DNA from: Octopus bimaculoides
Taxonomy: Eukaryota
NCBI RefSeq assembly: GCF_001194135.2
Contig: NC_068990.1
Span: 16,072,009-16,136,008, forward strand
Length of the DNA stretch: 64,000 bases
Direction: 5' to 3'
Shown here: one piece after another, positions 35,935 through 48,135 of the stretch
Layout: each line of letters opens with the position of its first letter
Numbering within the stretch: position 1 is the first letter of the stretch
Translations under genes and position numbers: made by a program
The notes under the pieces: model-generated
What the model saw: the letters and a program-made list of their open reading frames with translations, nothing else
Databases searched by the model: none
What the model was told of the DNA's origin: nothing

Positions 35935-35962
35935 CTCGCTTCACACTTGTATATATAACAGT
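35935..35962 (-). other. Candidate 28-nt microexon
   Basis: ttttttttttacaatttatttatttttaactcag|actgttatatatacaagtgtgaagcgag|gtgagt; reads TVIYTSVKR or CYIYKCEA. Confidence 0.3.
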
Positions 35963-36974
35963 CTGAGTTAAAAATAAATAAATTGTAAAAAAAAAATCAT
36001 GAAAAAATGTTTAAAATATTATATACATATATATATAAAAAAAGAAAACCTCATTCTTTGATATGATGTGTTAATCCATTTAGAGTTAATTAAACATTTT
36101 CTTTTCGTAATGATCAAACAATTTCACCAGCAACAGCTCTCACATTTTAAAGACGAGTTGTTAACTGCATTAATTAATAATACACACAGATATGTGTGTA
36201 TATGCATATATCAATGAGCATGGGCATGTTTATGCATGCTTGTGTGTTTGTGTGTGTCTGTGTGTGTAAAAAAGAGAGAAGGGAAGATGCTTAACACTTT
36301 GTCAAGTGTGTTAATTAAAAGTGTTACTGTCAATAACTCTTATATACTTTGTAAAAACAGCTCTCCTTAAAATCTCTTGACATTTTCGAGATCACATTTA
36401 CACATTATGGTTAAAATTAATTATTCTGTAACTATGTATATATGCTGTAGAATGGTGACAAGCTTCCAGAAAGCCACAACTGTGATGCAGTTTCAATTCC
36501 TAGGTCCTGTTATTTCATTTAACCTTGCTCCCTTCTTTATACTTTTCTTAATCACAGTGTTCTTTTTGTATTCTTTGGGAAATAGCACAACTGGAACACA
36601 AAGACCAAGAACAATGCAACAATGCTTCTAATGTTTTCCCCACCCTGCTGCCTTAATTCTCAGCCTTTGCTTCTTTTACCTCATTTGCCTAAAATAAGTT
36701 CTTCAACCAAGAACTTATTTTAGAAGAAGTGCTTATTCTAATGGGCTCTTTTTGCTGAACTGCTAAGTTACTGGGACATAAACAAACCAACACCTGTTGT
36801 CAAGTGATGAAGGATAATGACACAAACACAAAAGCAACCATCTGCAAATGTTCCAGCTGGATCCCCAAGCAAGCCTGACTGAGGCTATGGAGGTTAATAA
36901 CCTTCTCACTCATGCTTTAATCCTCAGTTTCCCATTGTTCAGCCTTGTCTATAAAACCTGTTCTATTTGCCAGG

Positions 36975-37355
36975 CATAGGTGTGGCTATGTGGGAAGAAG
37001 TTTGCTTCCCAACCACTTAGCTCTGGGTTCAGTCCCACTGTGTGACACCTTTCACAAGTATCTTCTACTATAACCTCAGGCAACCAAAGCTTTGTGATTG
37101 GATTTGGTAGATGGAAACTGAAAGAAGTCCATTGTGTATATATTTATGTGTGTGTATGTGTGTTCATCTCCTACCACAGTTTGACAACTGGTGTTGGTGT
37201 GTTTATTCCCCGATAACTTAGCAGTTTGGCAAAGAGACTGATAGAATAAGGACCAGGCTTTAAAAAGAGAGTATTGGGGTAAATTTATTTGACTAAAATT
37301 CTTCAAGGTGGAGCCCTAGCATGGCCACAGTCTAATGACTGAAACAAGTAAAAGT
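36975..37355 (+). mobile_element. SINE family A, full length
   Basis: Head ggcataggtgtggctatgtgg; tail atgactgaaacaagtaaaag. Confidence 0.85.
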
Positions 37356-37569
37356 AGTATTGGAACTGTGACCTCTCAATGTGGGTGGAAAAGTAATGGC
37401 TTGTTCTGAAGAAACTCCCTGATCTTTGAGCCGTGCCCCCTGCTGATTAACGTTACTATATTGACCCTTCAAGGGAGCCTATTTCAGCTGCTTCTATTCA
37501 TGATTCTACTCTTAAGTAACAAAATAAAGGTTTACTTCTTGAGGTGACCAGTTAAATAAAAGCTCATCC

Positions 37570-37789
37570 TATCCTTTTGTTACCATATTTCTAATGAAAT
37601 GTAACATCTTTGTTTCAATTAATTTTGCAAATAATGAAGAATTTAATAAAATAACTTTGATATTATTCAGCTGGTGTTTGGAACATAATCTAAAATTTTG
37701 ATTAAAGGTTTTAATTTAGTTCAGTTTGAAACAAGAAGCTTGTATCACAGGGGCAGTCTTGGGTGGGTTTGGTATCAATAAGGCTAACT
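37570..37789 (+). mobile_element. TTAA-type (piggyBac-like) MITE, family F
   Basis: ccttttgttaccatatttc...ggtatcaataagg; homologous to 50890-51304. Confidence 0.65.
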
Positions 37790-38159
37790 AAACATTTATG
37801 TTTCTTTTACATTCATATTTCTTTCACATCTGGGTATTGAGAAGTGAAAGTTAATGATGAAAACTTGTAACTTAAGCCCCACCAAGGGGCATATGGATTA
37901 AGAAAAAAAATACAGTCATTTTGTTATGTAGGTACAAAACAGACTTATATAAGTAAAGAACTGGTATCAGTAATGGTAGCATATAAGTTAAATTAACAAA
38001 TTTAATTTAATATTGTTATCGGTGAGTTAATTACTTTTTTATACTTTGTGTGTCTGCACTCAGCACTGCCACTGCCGTCAAGCTTCTAAGGTTTCTAGTC
38101 CTTAGAGCCCTTGGTTTGGTGCACCACTAAATTGCATCTGTCCATCTATGCAACACCTC

Positions 38160-38520
38160 AGTTATCATCATAATCATCATCACCATCAACACTATCACCA
38201 TCACCACCATTAGCCTTACCACCACCACCACCCTCATCATTATCATTGTCATAATTATTGTTGGTTGTCAACATCATGTACATCATCACTATCACCAACA
38301 CCACCACTATCATCATCACCATCACCACCATCCTCCTCCTCATCATCATCATGAATATCATCACAACCACTTTCCTCTCTTCCTCCTCCTCCTCCTCCTC
38401 ATCATCATCATCACCCTCCTCCTCCTCCTCATCATCATCATCACCCTCCTCCTCCTCCTCCTCCTCCTCCTCCTCCTCCTCATCATCATCATCATCATCA
38501 TCATCACCACCACCACCTTG
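38160..38520. repeat. CAT/CCT trinucleotide tract
   Basis: Direct reading. Confidence 0.9.
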
Positions 38521-38714
38521 CACCATCTATATATGGCTTGCATGCAGAGCTAGATTTAGATTTAATGAAGCTATATAAATTGTTGAAGCACCTTAAATAA
38601 AATTTACTGCAGAAAATCTCATATAACTTGGAAATATATATACGCCTTTTAATCATTTTGAGGCTGCTGCAGTTTGTGAGATCCCTAAGCTGTAGTGTAT
38701 TTAGCTTATCCCTA

Positions 38715-38815
38715 AATCCAATTCTCATAAACCAGCCATCAACACCCACTTTTCTTAATGACCTCCAGACTACAGAGGGTGGAATCTTAAGTCTTTTGCA
38801 GGTCAATGATTGTCA
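38715..38815 (-). pseudogene. RTE-clade reverse transcriptase fragment
   Basis: IDLQKT*D / IPPSVVWRSLRKVGVDGWFMRI resembles DLEKAFDRVP...W..LRKLG.DEWL.R. Confidence 0.65.
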
Positions 38816-39131
38816 GATAGAGTGGCTTATTCTTATTTAAGTACTTCTCCTGTAGTTGTCTCATTAGTGCAACGGTTATGCTGATTCACTGTAACTCTTA
38901 ATAATTTTTATAATCCATTGATTCTGTGTATTTGTATTTACTTCTTCTTTGAGTATCAAATTTTGCCCTTGAGGCACAGGTGTGGCTATGTGGTAAGAAG
39001 CTCGCTTCCCAGCCACATGGTTTTGGATTCAGTCCCACTGTGTAACATGTTAGGTAAGTGTCTTCTACTATAGCCCTGAGGTTGATCAATGCCTTGTGAG
39101 TGAAATTGGCAGACAAGAACTGTGTGGAAGC

Positions 39132-39180
<49 letters not shown>

Positions 39181-39623
39181 TGAATAATTAGAAAATGGAG
39201 AAAACCACAGATTAACCAACATCGATTGGACCACATTTATAGCTTATTTTTAATATAAAGCATGACATAAAATAGGTGACAGATATGTTATGTCACCTAT
39301 TTTGTTATGTCAAGCATTTTTCATTAGTTTATCCTAAACATCCATGCTTGTTTTCAAACTTTTAGTTAGCCCTTGTTTCATAAGTTCTGAGTAACATAAA
39401 GCTTTCCTTTCATAAGTTCCAATTATTCTGGTGGCTAGAAAAATGGCAATGCATATCATATATGATATGTGAATGCCAGGGGAATATTTCCTGCATATCA
39501 CATGTGATATACAAGACAGTTAAAGGGTTTATAATGCTTTCAACCACGTTGTCAATTTCAATGGCTGGTCCTTCTTTGGTTTGATATAGAATAGGCCCCT
39601 CTCTTCAATGTATTCTAATTCAA

Positions 39624-40210
39624 GGACCTTTTTTAAAACGGGGGCCACATTTTTCATTAACGAAACACTTTGAAACTTGGAACACTGGTAGAATGTGTCA
39701 TATAAAACATCTTTTTCTCTTAGTCTTCTTAAAAAAAAAAGAAATCCCTAAGTTATTCCATGTTAAAGTTGTCGTATTTCTGTAATTTCAACCAATCACT
39801 GACGTCCATTCAGCCGATATACATTAAGTGCCGACTACACAAACAAACGGTTAGGGTTAGGGTTAGGGTAAAACAGCAAATTTAAAAAGAAAAAAGCAAA
39901 TAAAACGAAGAAAAAAAAAAGAAAATGAAAAAAGCAAATTTAAAATGAAAAAAGAAGTTATGGAGATTAAATACGCTTTACACCGCTTAATCAGCCAAAG
40001 GAGTAAATATAAACAACTGAATACTTGTCAGTGATTGGTTGAAATTATCGAAATAAGACAATTTTTTACATAAAATAAATTCGAATACAAAAATATTTTT
40101 CTGTTCTATAACACAAAATAGATAAGTATACGAAGTTTGAAAGTCTTTCGGTACCAAAAACACTATGTAAAACATTATGAAAAATGTGGCCCCCGTTTTA
40201 AAAAAGATCC
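39624..40210. mobile_element. Merlin-like MITE (587 bp) with 34-bp TIRs, an 8-bp TSD and internal (TTAGGG)n
   Basis: TIR GGA(C/T)CTTTTTTAAAACGGGGGCCACATTTTTCAT; TSD taattcaa at 39616-39623 and 40211-40218; GG...CC termini. Confidence 0.8.
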
Positions 40211-40490
40211 TAATTCAATAAACTCTTGTCGCAGCAGTTCCATGAGAGCAAATGTGCCACTGTTATAATCCCAAACACATTTTGCTCAACAATAACAACT
40301 CATTTCTATTTGGTGCTGTACTGCTTTGCTTATGATCTACAATACTTTGCACATTTGATGTTCATGCCACAGAACATGTGCCAACAACTTTTGACTTCCT
40401 GAGTTTCCTTGTTAAGTTCATCTGAAGCCTAGCTTCCCTTGTAGCTAGTTTAGATATACAGGCATATGTACACACATACACACAAATACA

Positions 40491-40592
<102 letters not shown>

Positions 40593-40845
40593 CTCACAGA
40601 TACATACACATACTATATGCATACTTTCATGCATCACACACATACATACATAAATACATAAATATGCACTCACATATTCTGTCATACGTATTTGCTTTAA
40701 ATTCCAAAGACTACCAAAGAAATACTCCCGAGAGATTTCAACAGTTAATGGTTTCAGTTGCCATGTTGCTAACTATTGGTAATTACTTTACAAGAGAGAA
40801 GGTGGGGAGGTATGTACATGGGTAGATAGGTGGATAAGTAGCTAG

Positions 40846-41230
<385 letters not shown>

Positions 41231-42421
41231 GGTGCAGTATTTTAATCATATCATGGAATTATTCAGAATCACAAATCTATTGTAATGTTTTTGGTTTGTG
41301 TCATATTTGCTCATAGACTTAACAGGGTGAAGCCTAGGGTCTCAAACGTTAGGAGACTCCCAGTGAAGGTGTATAGTATTTTCTTTCTTATATTTGATGA
41401 GAGGTATCTTTTCTGAAATATTATAGAAACATTAAACAATCTATGTGAGATAATGCAATAACTTATTTTGTTCTTATTTATTGACATCGCATAATTTTGC
41501 CTGACTTCACCATTGCATTGCTTAAAGGTCTTCTTTTAAAAATTTTTATATTATCTTCACATTGTCATAGGTCTTGGGGTATCGTGTAGGGGCTCACAAG
41601 TGGAATAGTGTAGTACCTCTCTTCATCTAAGTTCTGAACTTGCTTGATATATTTATTATGTCAGAAACACAAGCATGAATGAAAAGAAATCACATATAAC
41701 TGCTGCTTAATCATACATGCTCCTACAACTCTGTGACTATCGCTTAAAAAAAGAAAGGCATTTACTGGTGGTTGAGCTAAACCCAACAACAACGAGGGAC
41801 AAAATGGCTGCATGTCTACCATACCTTCAATCTTAAATAAATTAGATACAAGAGGGAGCATCTCTGGCAGGGGTTGGCAAAATAGAAAACTTTCGATATA
41901 TCGATACAGTTTTTGTTTATTCCTAATTAAGCCCCGATAAAGCAGACTTATGATTAAATATATTCCCCGCATGACCATCCAATATGTTATTCAGATATAA
42001 TGTTATTCAGAATTGCATTCCTACATCAGCCAATGGATTCTTTCTTTCAGGGAGTGGTAAAGTGTGTTTTAATGCTTATTTTTATTGAAATACATTGCCT
42101 TTGTTTCATTTAATTTTGAATATAAAGAACAGAAATATGATAACAAAATGGTTAATTTTAGTTCCAAATATCAGCTGAACAATGACAAAGTTATTTTACT
42201 AAATTCTTTATTATTTTCAAACTTTTTTCAAAAGCAGTGTATTTCAACAGAAATCATCATTTAATCATAATTATTTAATGTTTATTTTCTGTGCTTGCAA
42301 GGGTTGAATAAATAGGCTTAAGCAGATCTATGTTCAAAGGCATCCTGGACATGACAATCCAGTAATTTTTTATTTAACAGTAAATCTCACACTACATCAT
42401 CCAATGATGGCGGGGTGTGAT

Positions 42422-42635
42422 TTAACCCTTTTGAGACAAGTCCACCTGAAACCGCCCCTGGTTCTATGGACACAAACTTCTTATAATGAAGTGATCTAAA
42501 TTAAAACCTTCCAACAAAATTTCATGTTAATTTATGTTCCAAACATCCAAGTTTATAACAACAAAGTTATTTTACTAAATTCTTCATTATTTTCAAACTT
42601 CATTGAATCAAAAGCAGTGTATATCAGCAGAAAGA
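42422..42635 (-). mobile_element. MITE family F
   Basis: ttaacccttttga...ccatcaaaatttcatgttaatttatgttccaaac is the reverse of the family consensus; a partial plus-strand copy lies at 42030-42250. Confidence 0.65.
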
Positions 42636-43137
42636 ATTAAAGTGGCAGAATGTGATTTGAAAAGTATTTGGGTACTATTTCAAGCTCGCCCTGTAGAAGT
42701 CAAGTCAAAGTAGCTATGTTGAAGCTCTCTCAATTATGACAGTTTGCAGAGACTTACCCTCTGACTTGAAGTTGTGTTTGATATTGTATCAAATTAGCCA
42801 GAGAGAAAATCATTCAGTGAAGGCAATAAATTACACTTTTTAAAAATTAATTTTATTTTTGTCTGATTATTTTTAGGTTGTTTAAGTGTTGTTAAGTATA
42901 TTTACACCGTACGAGTAGAGATGAAGAGAACATGCTTTTTCACATTATAGAATTGTTAATTAGTATGTACAGACACATACTCTCCTTGCCAGCCATGTAT
43001 GTATGTATGTGTGTGTGTGTGCATACATGCACACACATGCGCACGCAGATGCACACACATACACACATATTTTGGAAGCATTGAATGTGTTTGTAAAATA
43101 TCAAACACATTCAACACTTCCAAAGTTTATATATTCA

Positions 43138-43560
43138 TATATCATCATCATTTAGTGTCCATTGTCCATGCTGGCATGGGTTGGACGGTTTGACTGGGCT
43201 GGCATGTTGGAAGGCTGCACCAGACTCCAGTCTGATTTAGCATGGTTTTCTATGGCTGGATGCCCTTCCTAATGCCAACCACTCCAAGAGTGTAATGACT
43301 GCTTTTACGTGCTACTGGCACAGGTGCCATTTGCGTGACACTGGGGTGTGTTTATGTGCCACCAGCATGGGTGCCAAATTGCATGACACTGGTGTCTGCC
43401 ACAACTGCGATTTTGGTCAGCTTGATGGGTCTTCTTCTCAAGCATCACATAATGCCAAAAGTCTTGGTCATTGCCTCCGTGAGGCCCAGTACTCAAAAGG
43501 AACTCAGCTACCTTGCCTCCATGAGGTATGTGAGATTGCTCTTGCATGTTACAGTTAACA
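43138..43560 (-). mobile_element. Family D element
   Basis: catcatcatttagtgtcc...ggctggatgcccttcctaatgccaaccactc. Confidence 0.8.
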
Positions 43561-44036
43561 TGTAACCCAGTACAACCTGTTGCGTGGTTGGGCTGTCAGC
43601 AACTATACTGGCAACACCACCGAGCTTGATTAGTGAGTAAGATAGTTTTTGGACATCCTATGGGATTAGAAACAAAGATTCTGTTAAAGGGCAGATGAAC
43701 TCAGGAGAGTCAACAGCCATCCAATATATATGTTATATAACTGGCATCTGTGCTGGTGGCATGTAAAAAGCACCCTTCAAACATGGAGCCTCACAGAGGC
43801 AATGATAAGTGATCGAGACCTTTGATGATAGGTCATACTCGAGAAGACTTGCCAAGCCAAGTGAAAGTGTAGTTGTGACCAATGCTGCTATCACATAACT
43901 GAAACCTGTGTCGGTGGCATGTAAAAAGTACCCATTACACTCTTGGAGTTGTTGGCATTAGGAAACCGTGCCAAATCAGACTCGAACCGGGTGCAGCTCT
44001 CCAGCTTACCAGTTTCAGTCAAACTGTCTAACCCAT

Positions 44037-44179
44037 ACAGTTCTATATTTAAGAGATGAGGAATTATGCACTTTATTTACATTTGACGGATATTTGTCCT
44101 CATCTTATTTGTTGTTAACACAGCATTTCGGCTGATATACCCTCCAGCCTTCATCCGAGTTTGATTCCAGGCAGTGATA

Positions 44180-44216
<37 letters not shown>

Positions 44217-44365
44217 CAACAACATCGAAAAATACTTTAGGAATGAGAACCCAGATTCGAAATTTCCCCAAGACACCTGATGAAGGCTAGAGGGTATATC
44301 AGCCGAAATGTTGTGTTAACAACAAACAAGATGAGGACAAACAAATATCTGTCAAATGTAAATAA
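44037..44365 (+). mobile_element. 329-bp insertion: inverted tail copy + B-box-like segment + (AAT)n + hammerhead-bearing tail; 12-bp TSD
   Basis: TSD tgtctaacccat at 44025-44036 and 44366-44377; 44075-44155 is inverted against 44279-44363. Confidence 0.85.
44272..44317 (+). ncRNA. Minimal type I hammerhead ribozyme motif (Penelope-associated type), one core-proximal mutation
   Basis: Stem I gacac/gtgtt, core ctgatga, stem II ggct-12nt-agcc, gaaa, then tg-t-t where the palindromic ACGU stem III is expected (a C>T change at a CpG is inferred). Confidence 0.7.
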
Positions 44366-45301
44366 TGTCTAACCCATGCCAACATGGAAAACAGATGCTA
44401 AATGATGATGATGATGACATATATATATATTGGAATATTTTTTGTGCTACTCTGTCTCTTTCCTTTACTTTGCTTCTCTTAATTTCCTTTCTCTCTCTCT
44501 CTCTGTCTTTCTCTATTACCCTTCTCCCTCTATCACGTGACCCATGATGACCTAAGGTGGTGTCATTCTTTTTCGCATTGCCTGTTACCGTGCTGGACAT
44601 GATTTTCTGAGCTCCTCGCTCTACCCGTCCCTTGTATAGTCTTTTAGGACAGTTTTCATTTCTCCTTCATGTTACCCATTTTTGTCTTGTTTTGCAGTCC
44701 CAAGGCTTTATATTGTATATGTATTATCATTATTAATTGTTGTCTTTGTGTGGCCCTAAGCCTTTATTCTGTTTATTGTTTTGTCCTCCGACCATCTACT
44801 AATGGTCTCGTCTTGAGCTTGTTTCATTCTGTTATGTTTAGGTCCCATTCCCAGCAAGTTTCTTGTTGGTGCCTCCAGAGTGGAAGCAATATTATTGATA
44901 ATGGCTGAAATTGCGTTTGACCCTCTAACTGACAACTAACAAAGAATTGGTGACCTTCTGTGTTTTCTGTCCATCTATGTATTTAGTATATGTTTGTTTG
45001 TTTATTTACTACATGTTTTCTTTTAATGATATATATATATATATATAGGCAGGTCATATTTTCTGTTTATTGCCCTTTTATTCAATCCTGAAAATGTGTG
45101 TGTGTGTGTGCACATGCACAAGGTCTTAAAAATTTCTGCTGTGGTCCCAAGGTGCATATGTGGCCTACTCAGTTTTGAGTTAGACTCTAAGCAGTGGCGA
45201 AGGCAACTAACCTAGGAGATGGAGAACTCCAATAGAAAAGCCTGAGGAAACACATGTAATGGTGAATAAAGAATACCAAAAATTTCCAGTTTCCTGTTTT
45301 G

Positions 45302-45342
<41 letters not shown>

Positions 45343-45346
<4 letters not shown>

Positions 45347-45773
45347 AAAATGAACTGGATTTTTCTGACATCTCCTTAGCCCATTTCTTTCTTTTCATGA
45401 TATTAATTGGTTGAAGGAGAGGTTTTCTTCTAGCTGCTTGTCCATAATACCCAAGCTTATGAAGATATGTAACACACATTCTTGGACTAGCTTCTAGCTG
45501 TTTTGCAATGTCAGGAGCTGTCAAATGGGGTTTGTTTTCCACAATTCTCTTCAAACAGCGAAGCTTCCTTTCCGAGGGCCCAGGTCAGCCGGGATGAGAA
45601 TCTGTTGATTCTTTTCCTTGGCTTTTGAATTGCACTATAATTCTTTTAACAGTAGCAAGAGGAATTTGAAGATTTTCGGCAATTTTTCGCTGGCTAAGAC
45701 CAGCCTCAGATTGCCTAGCAATACGACCTCTTTGAAAATCTGACAGTTCTACTGAATTTTTTGTGCATGGCAT
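45343..45773 (-). pseudogene. Tc1-family transposase N-terminal relic
   Basis: MPCTKNSVELSDFQRGRI...GLSQRKIAENLQIPLATVKRII.. / RIVENKPHLTAPDIAKQL...LHKLGYYGQAARRKPLL....KRKKWAKE...SFWD: paired-like HTH plus the RKPLL motif, ending at (TA)n before the catalytic domain. Confidence 0.85.
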
Positions 45774-46006
45774 GGTTACTCATTGCAAATGTTTAATATA
45801 ATGGCACCTGGAATGAAAAAAGAATAATTACATTGTAAATTCTACACTGCTGAAAACATTAAGATGCTTAGATCAGAAATTTTGAAAATTAAAGGTGTCT
45901 ATTTACTTCTTGCATGTCTGTGCATATATNNNNNNNNNNNNNNNNNNNNNNNNNNNNNNNNNNNNNNNNNNNNNNNNNNNNNNNNNNNNNNNNNNNNNNN
46001 NNNNNN

Positions 46007-46041
<35 letters not shown>

Positions 46042-47016
46042 ATCATCATCGTTGTCATTTAACGTCTGCTTTTCATGCTGACACGGGTTGCACAGTTTGC
46101 ACACACACACAAGGGATCAGCCAAAGTTGCTTCACCACATACCGAAATTTAGAAATAGCAGTCAAACTACTAATTCTTCTACTACAATATATCTCCACAG
46201 ACAGTAATACTCGTAACTTACATAGGCAAAAAGAAGAAAAAAATAACGAAACCAACCAGCCTTAGTTAATCATGTATGCGTTTTGGGATTAGAATGGTAT
46301 ATATATATATATCTGTGTATGTGTGAGTGTGTGTGTATGTAATATATACACAGTGGGCTTCTTTCAGTTTTTGTCTACTATATCCTCTCAGAAAATTTTG
46401 GTTGACCCAGGGCTATAGTAGAAGTCACTTGAACCCAAAACCACATTGTTACAAAGTGTACCTCTTAATCACATGGCCATGTCTACTTCTATTGTGTGTG
46501 TGTACATATACATTATTGAAACAGTCATCAAAATGAGCCACACAGCAACCAAATATCAAGGGAAATTTGAAATTTCTGGTATACATTTCTCTAGTGTGCC
46601 AGAATTTACATGTGTGCACATGTGTAAGTAAAATATACACACACATTCGCTCACACACACAAGCGCATACTCTATCTATCTATTTATATGTATATTTCAA
46701 AGTTAAATTTTAAAAGCCCAAGGAGATGATAATATCACCCACCATTGCCTCATTAAAACTGTGCGACATTACTGTAGTCTGTGAAGAAACTGTGTCAGTC
46801 TTACTCTAAAACAATGTCTGTATTTAATCAGTTAGAAAATAAATACATGAATAAATAAATTAAAACAAACCAAGGATTAACATATAAACCAAAAGAAAAC
46901 AAAATTAACTAAAAAACTGTCACCGATCTATGGGATGTAGTAATGATGTTGATGGTGGTAAGTCGTCCTGAATAGCTATGGGAGCCAGCCAATAACAAGT
47001 TAATCTTTTGGCTTAA

Positions 47017-47530
47017 GTTAACCCTTTGTTTCCATATTTTTGTTGAAATTAATTTTGAAAAATAATGAAGAATTTAGTAAAATAACTTTGTCATTGTTAA
47101 GCTGATGTTTGGAACATAAATTAACACAAAATTTTGATGGGAGGTTTTATTTGGATTATTTTATTTGGATTATTTTAACCTTTTTGTTACTGAATTTCTA
47201 TTGAAATCTACTGCCTTTATTTCAATTAATTTTGAAAATAATGAAAAAGTTACTGGTATAAATTTCTCAATATTAAATTAATGTTTGGAACTTAAATTTA
47301 ATGGAAGATTTTTTCAATCACTTTGACCCTTATGTTACCATATTTCTGTTCAAATACCCTGCCTTTGTTTGATTTTCAAAAGAATGAAGAATTTAGTAAA
47401 ATAACTTTGTCATTATTAAGCTGGAGTTTGGAACATTAACATAAAATTTTGATGGGAAATTTAAATTTAGATTACTTCAAAACAGGGAATTTGTATCATA
47501 GAACCATGGATGATTTCAGGCAAGTTGCTA
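47017..47530 (+). repeat. Head-to-tail trimer of MITE-F units
   Basis: Units start ttaaccct (47017), ttaacctt (about 47175) and ttgaccct (about 47322). Confidence 0.7.
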
Positions 47531-47924
47531 TAAAAAAAATGAATGGAAGCTCTGGTAAAGAATGTTGTGGATTATATAGAATTTCATTCCAACTGATATT
47601 ACTGGTATTTTTATTTTATTGGCACCCAAGTTTTTTTAAACTCAGAAAGAATGCCTCAAAGAGGTTAAGAGGTATCCAAATTATGAATAAGTTTTTATGT
47701 TTTATTGTGCTTTTTTTCTTAAGATGTCTTCTTCACTATTCTGTTTTGTTAAAACGCACCATTGTCATCATCACCATCACTATCACCACCACTACGACCA
47801 CCATCATCACCACCACTAATGTTTTCATGTTTTTGACACCTGATTTAGTAGAAGGTCACAAGATTGTCCACCATCATTCCAACAACTTTGGCCAGCTTTT
47901 TGTGAATTCAATATTTCTACCATC

Positions 47925-48135
47925 TGAGGGTGGCAAGCTGACATAATCCTTAGTACACCAAGCAAACTGCTTGGAAGCATTTTCTCTGTTTATAACATTC
48001 TAAGTTCAAATTCCACCGAGGTTGATTTTACCTTTCATCCTTGATAAAACAAGTACCAGTTTGAACATTGGGATCAATGTAATTGACTTATCCCCTCCCA
48101 CAAAATTGTTGGCTTTGTGCCAAAATTTGAAATTA
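47925..48135 (+). mobile_element. SINE family B
   Basis: gggtggcaagctgaca...gttcaaattccaccgagg. Confidence 0.75.

Larger units (their letters stand above)
43740..44415 (+). mobile_element. Family D element interrupted by the hammerhead-bearing insertion
   Basis: The D sequence stops at ctgtctaacccat (44036) and resumes gccaacatggaaaacag...gatgatgatg after 44377. Confidence 0.8.

Noticed and set aside
38158-38526. Acidic poly-D/E ORF
   Set aside because: Antisense reading of a CAT/CCT microsatellite; no splice or homology support.
42758-42850. Perfect AGG|gtaagt donor (also donor-like sites near 46140 and 55370)
   Set aside because: No matching acceptor and open frame; such hexamers are expected by chance in 64 kb.
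44865-44925. Possible hammerhead at the end of the pyrimidine-rich tract 44420-44950
   Set aside because: The core reads ctccaga rather than ctgatga, and stems are poor; too degenerate to call.
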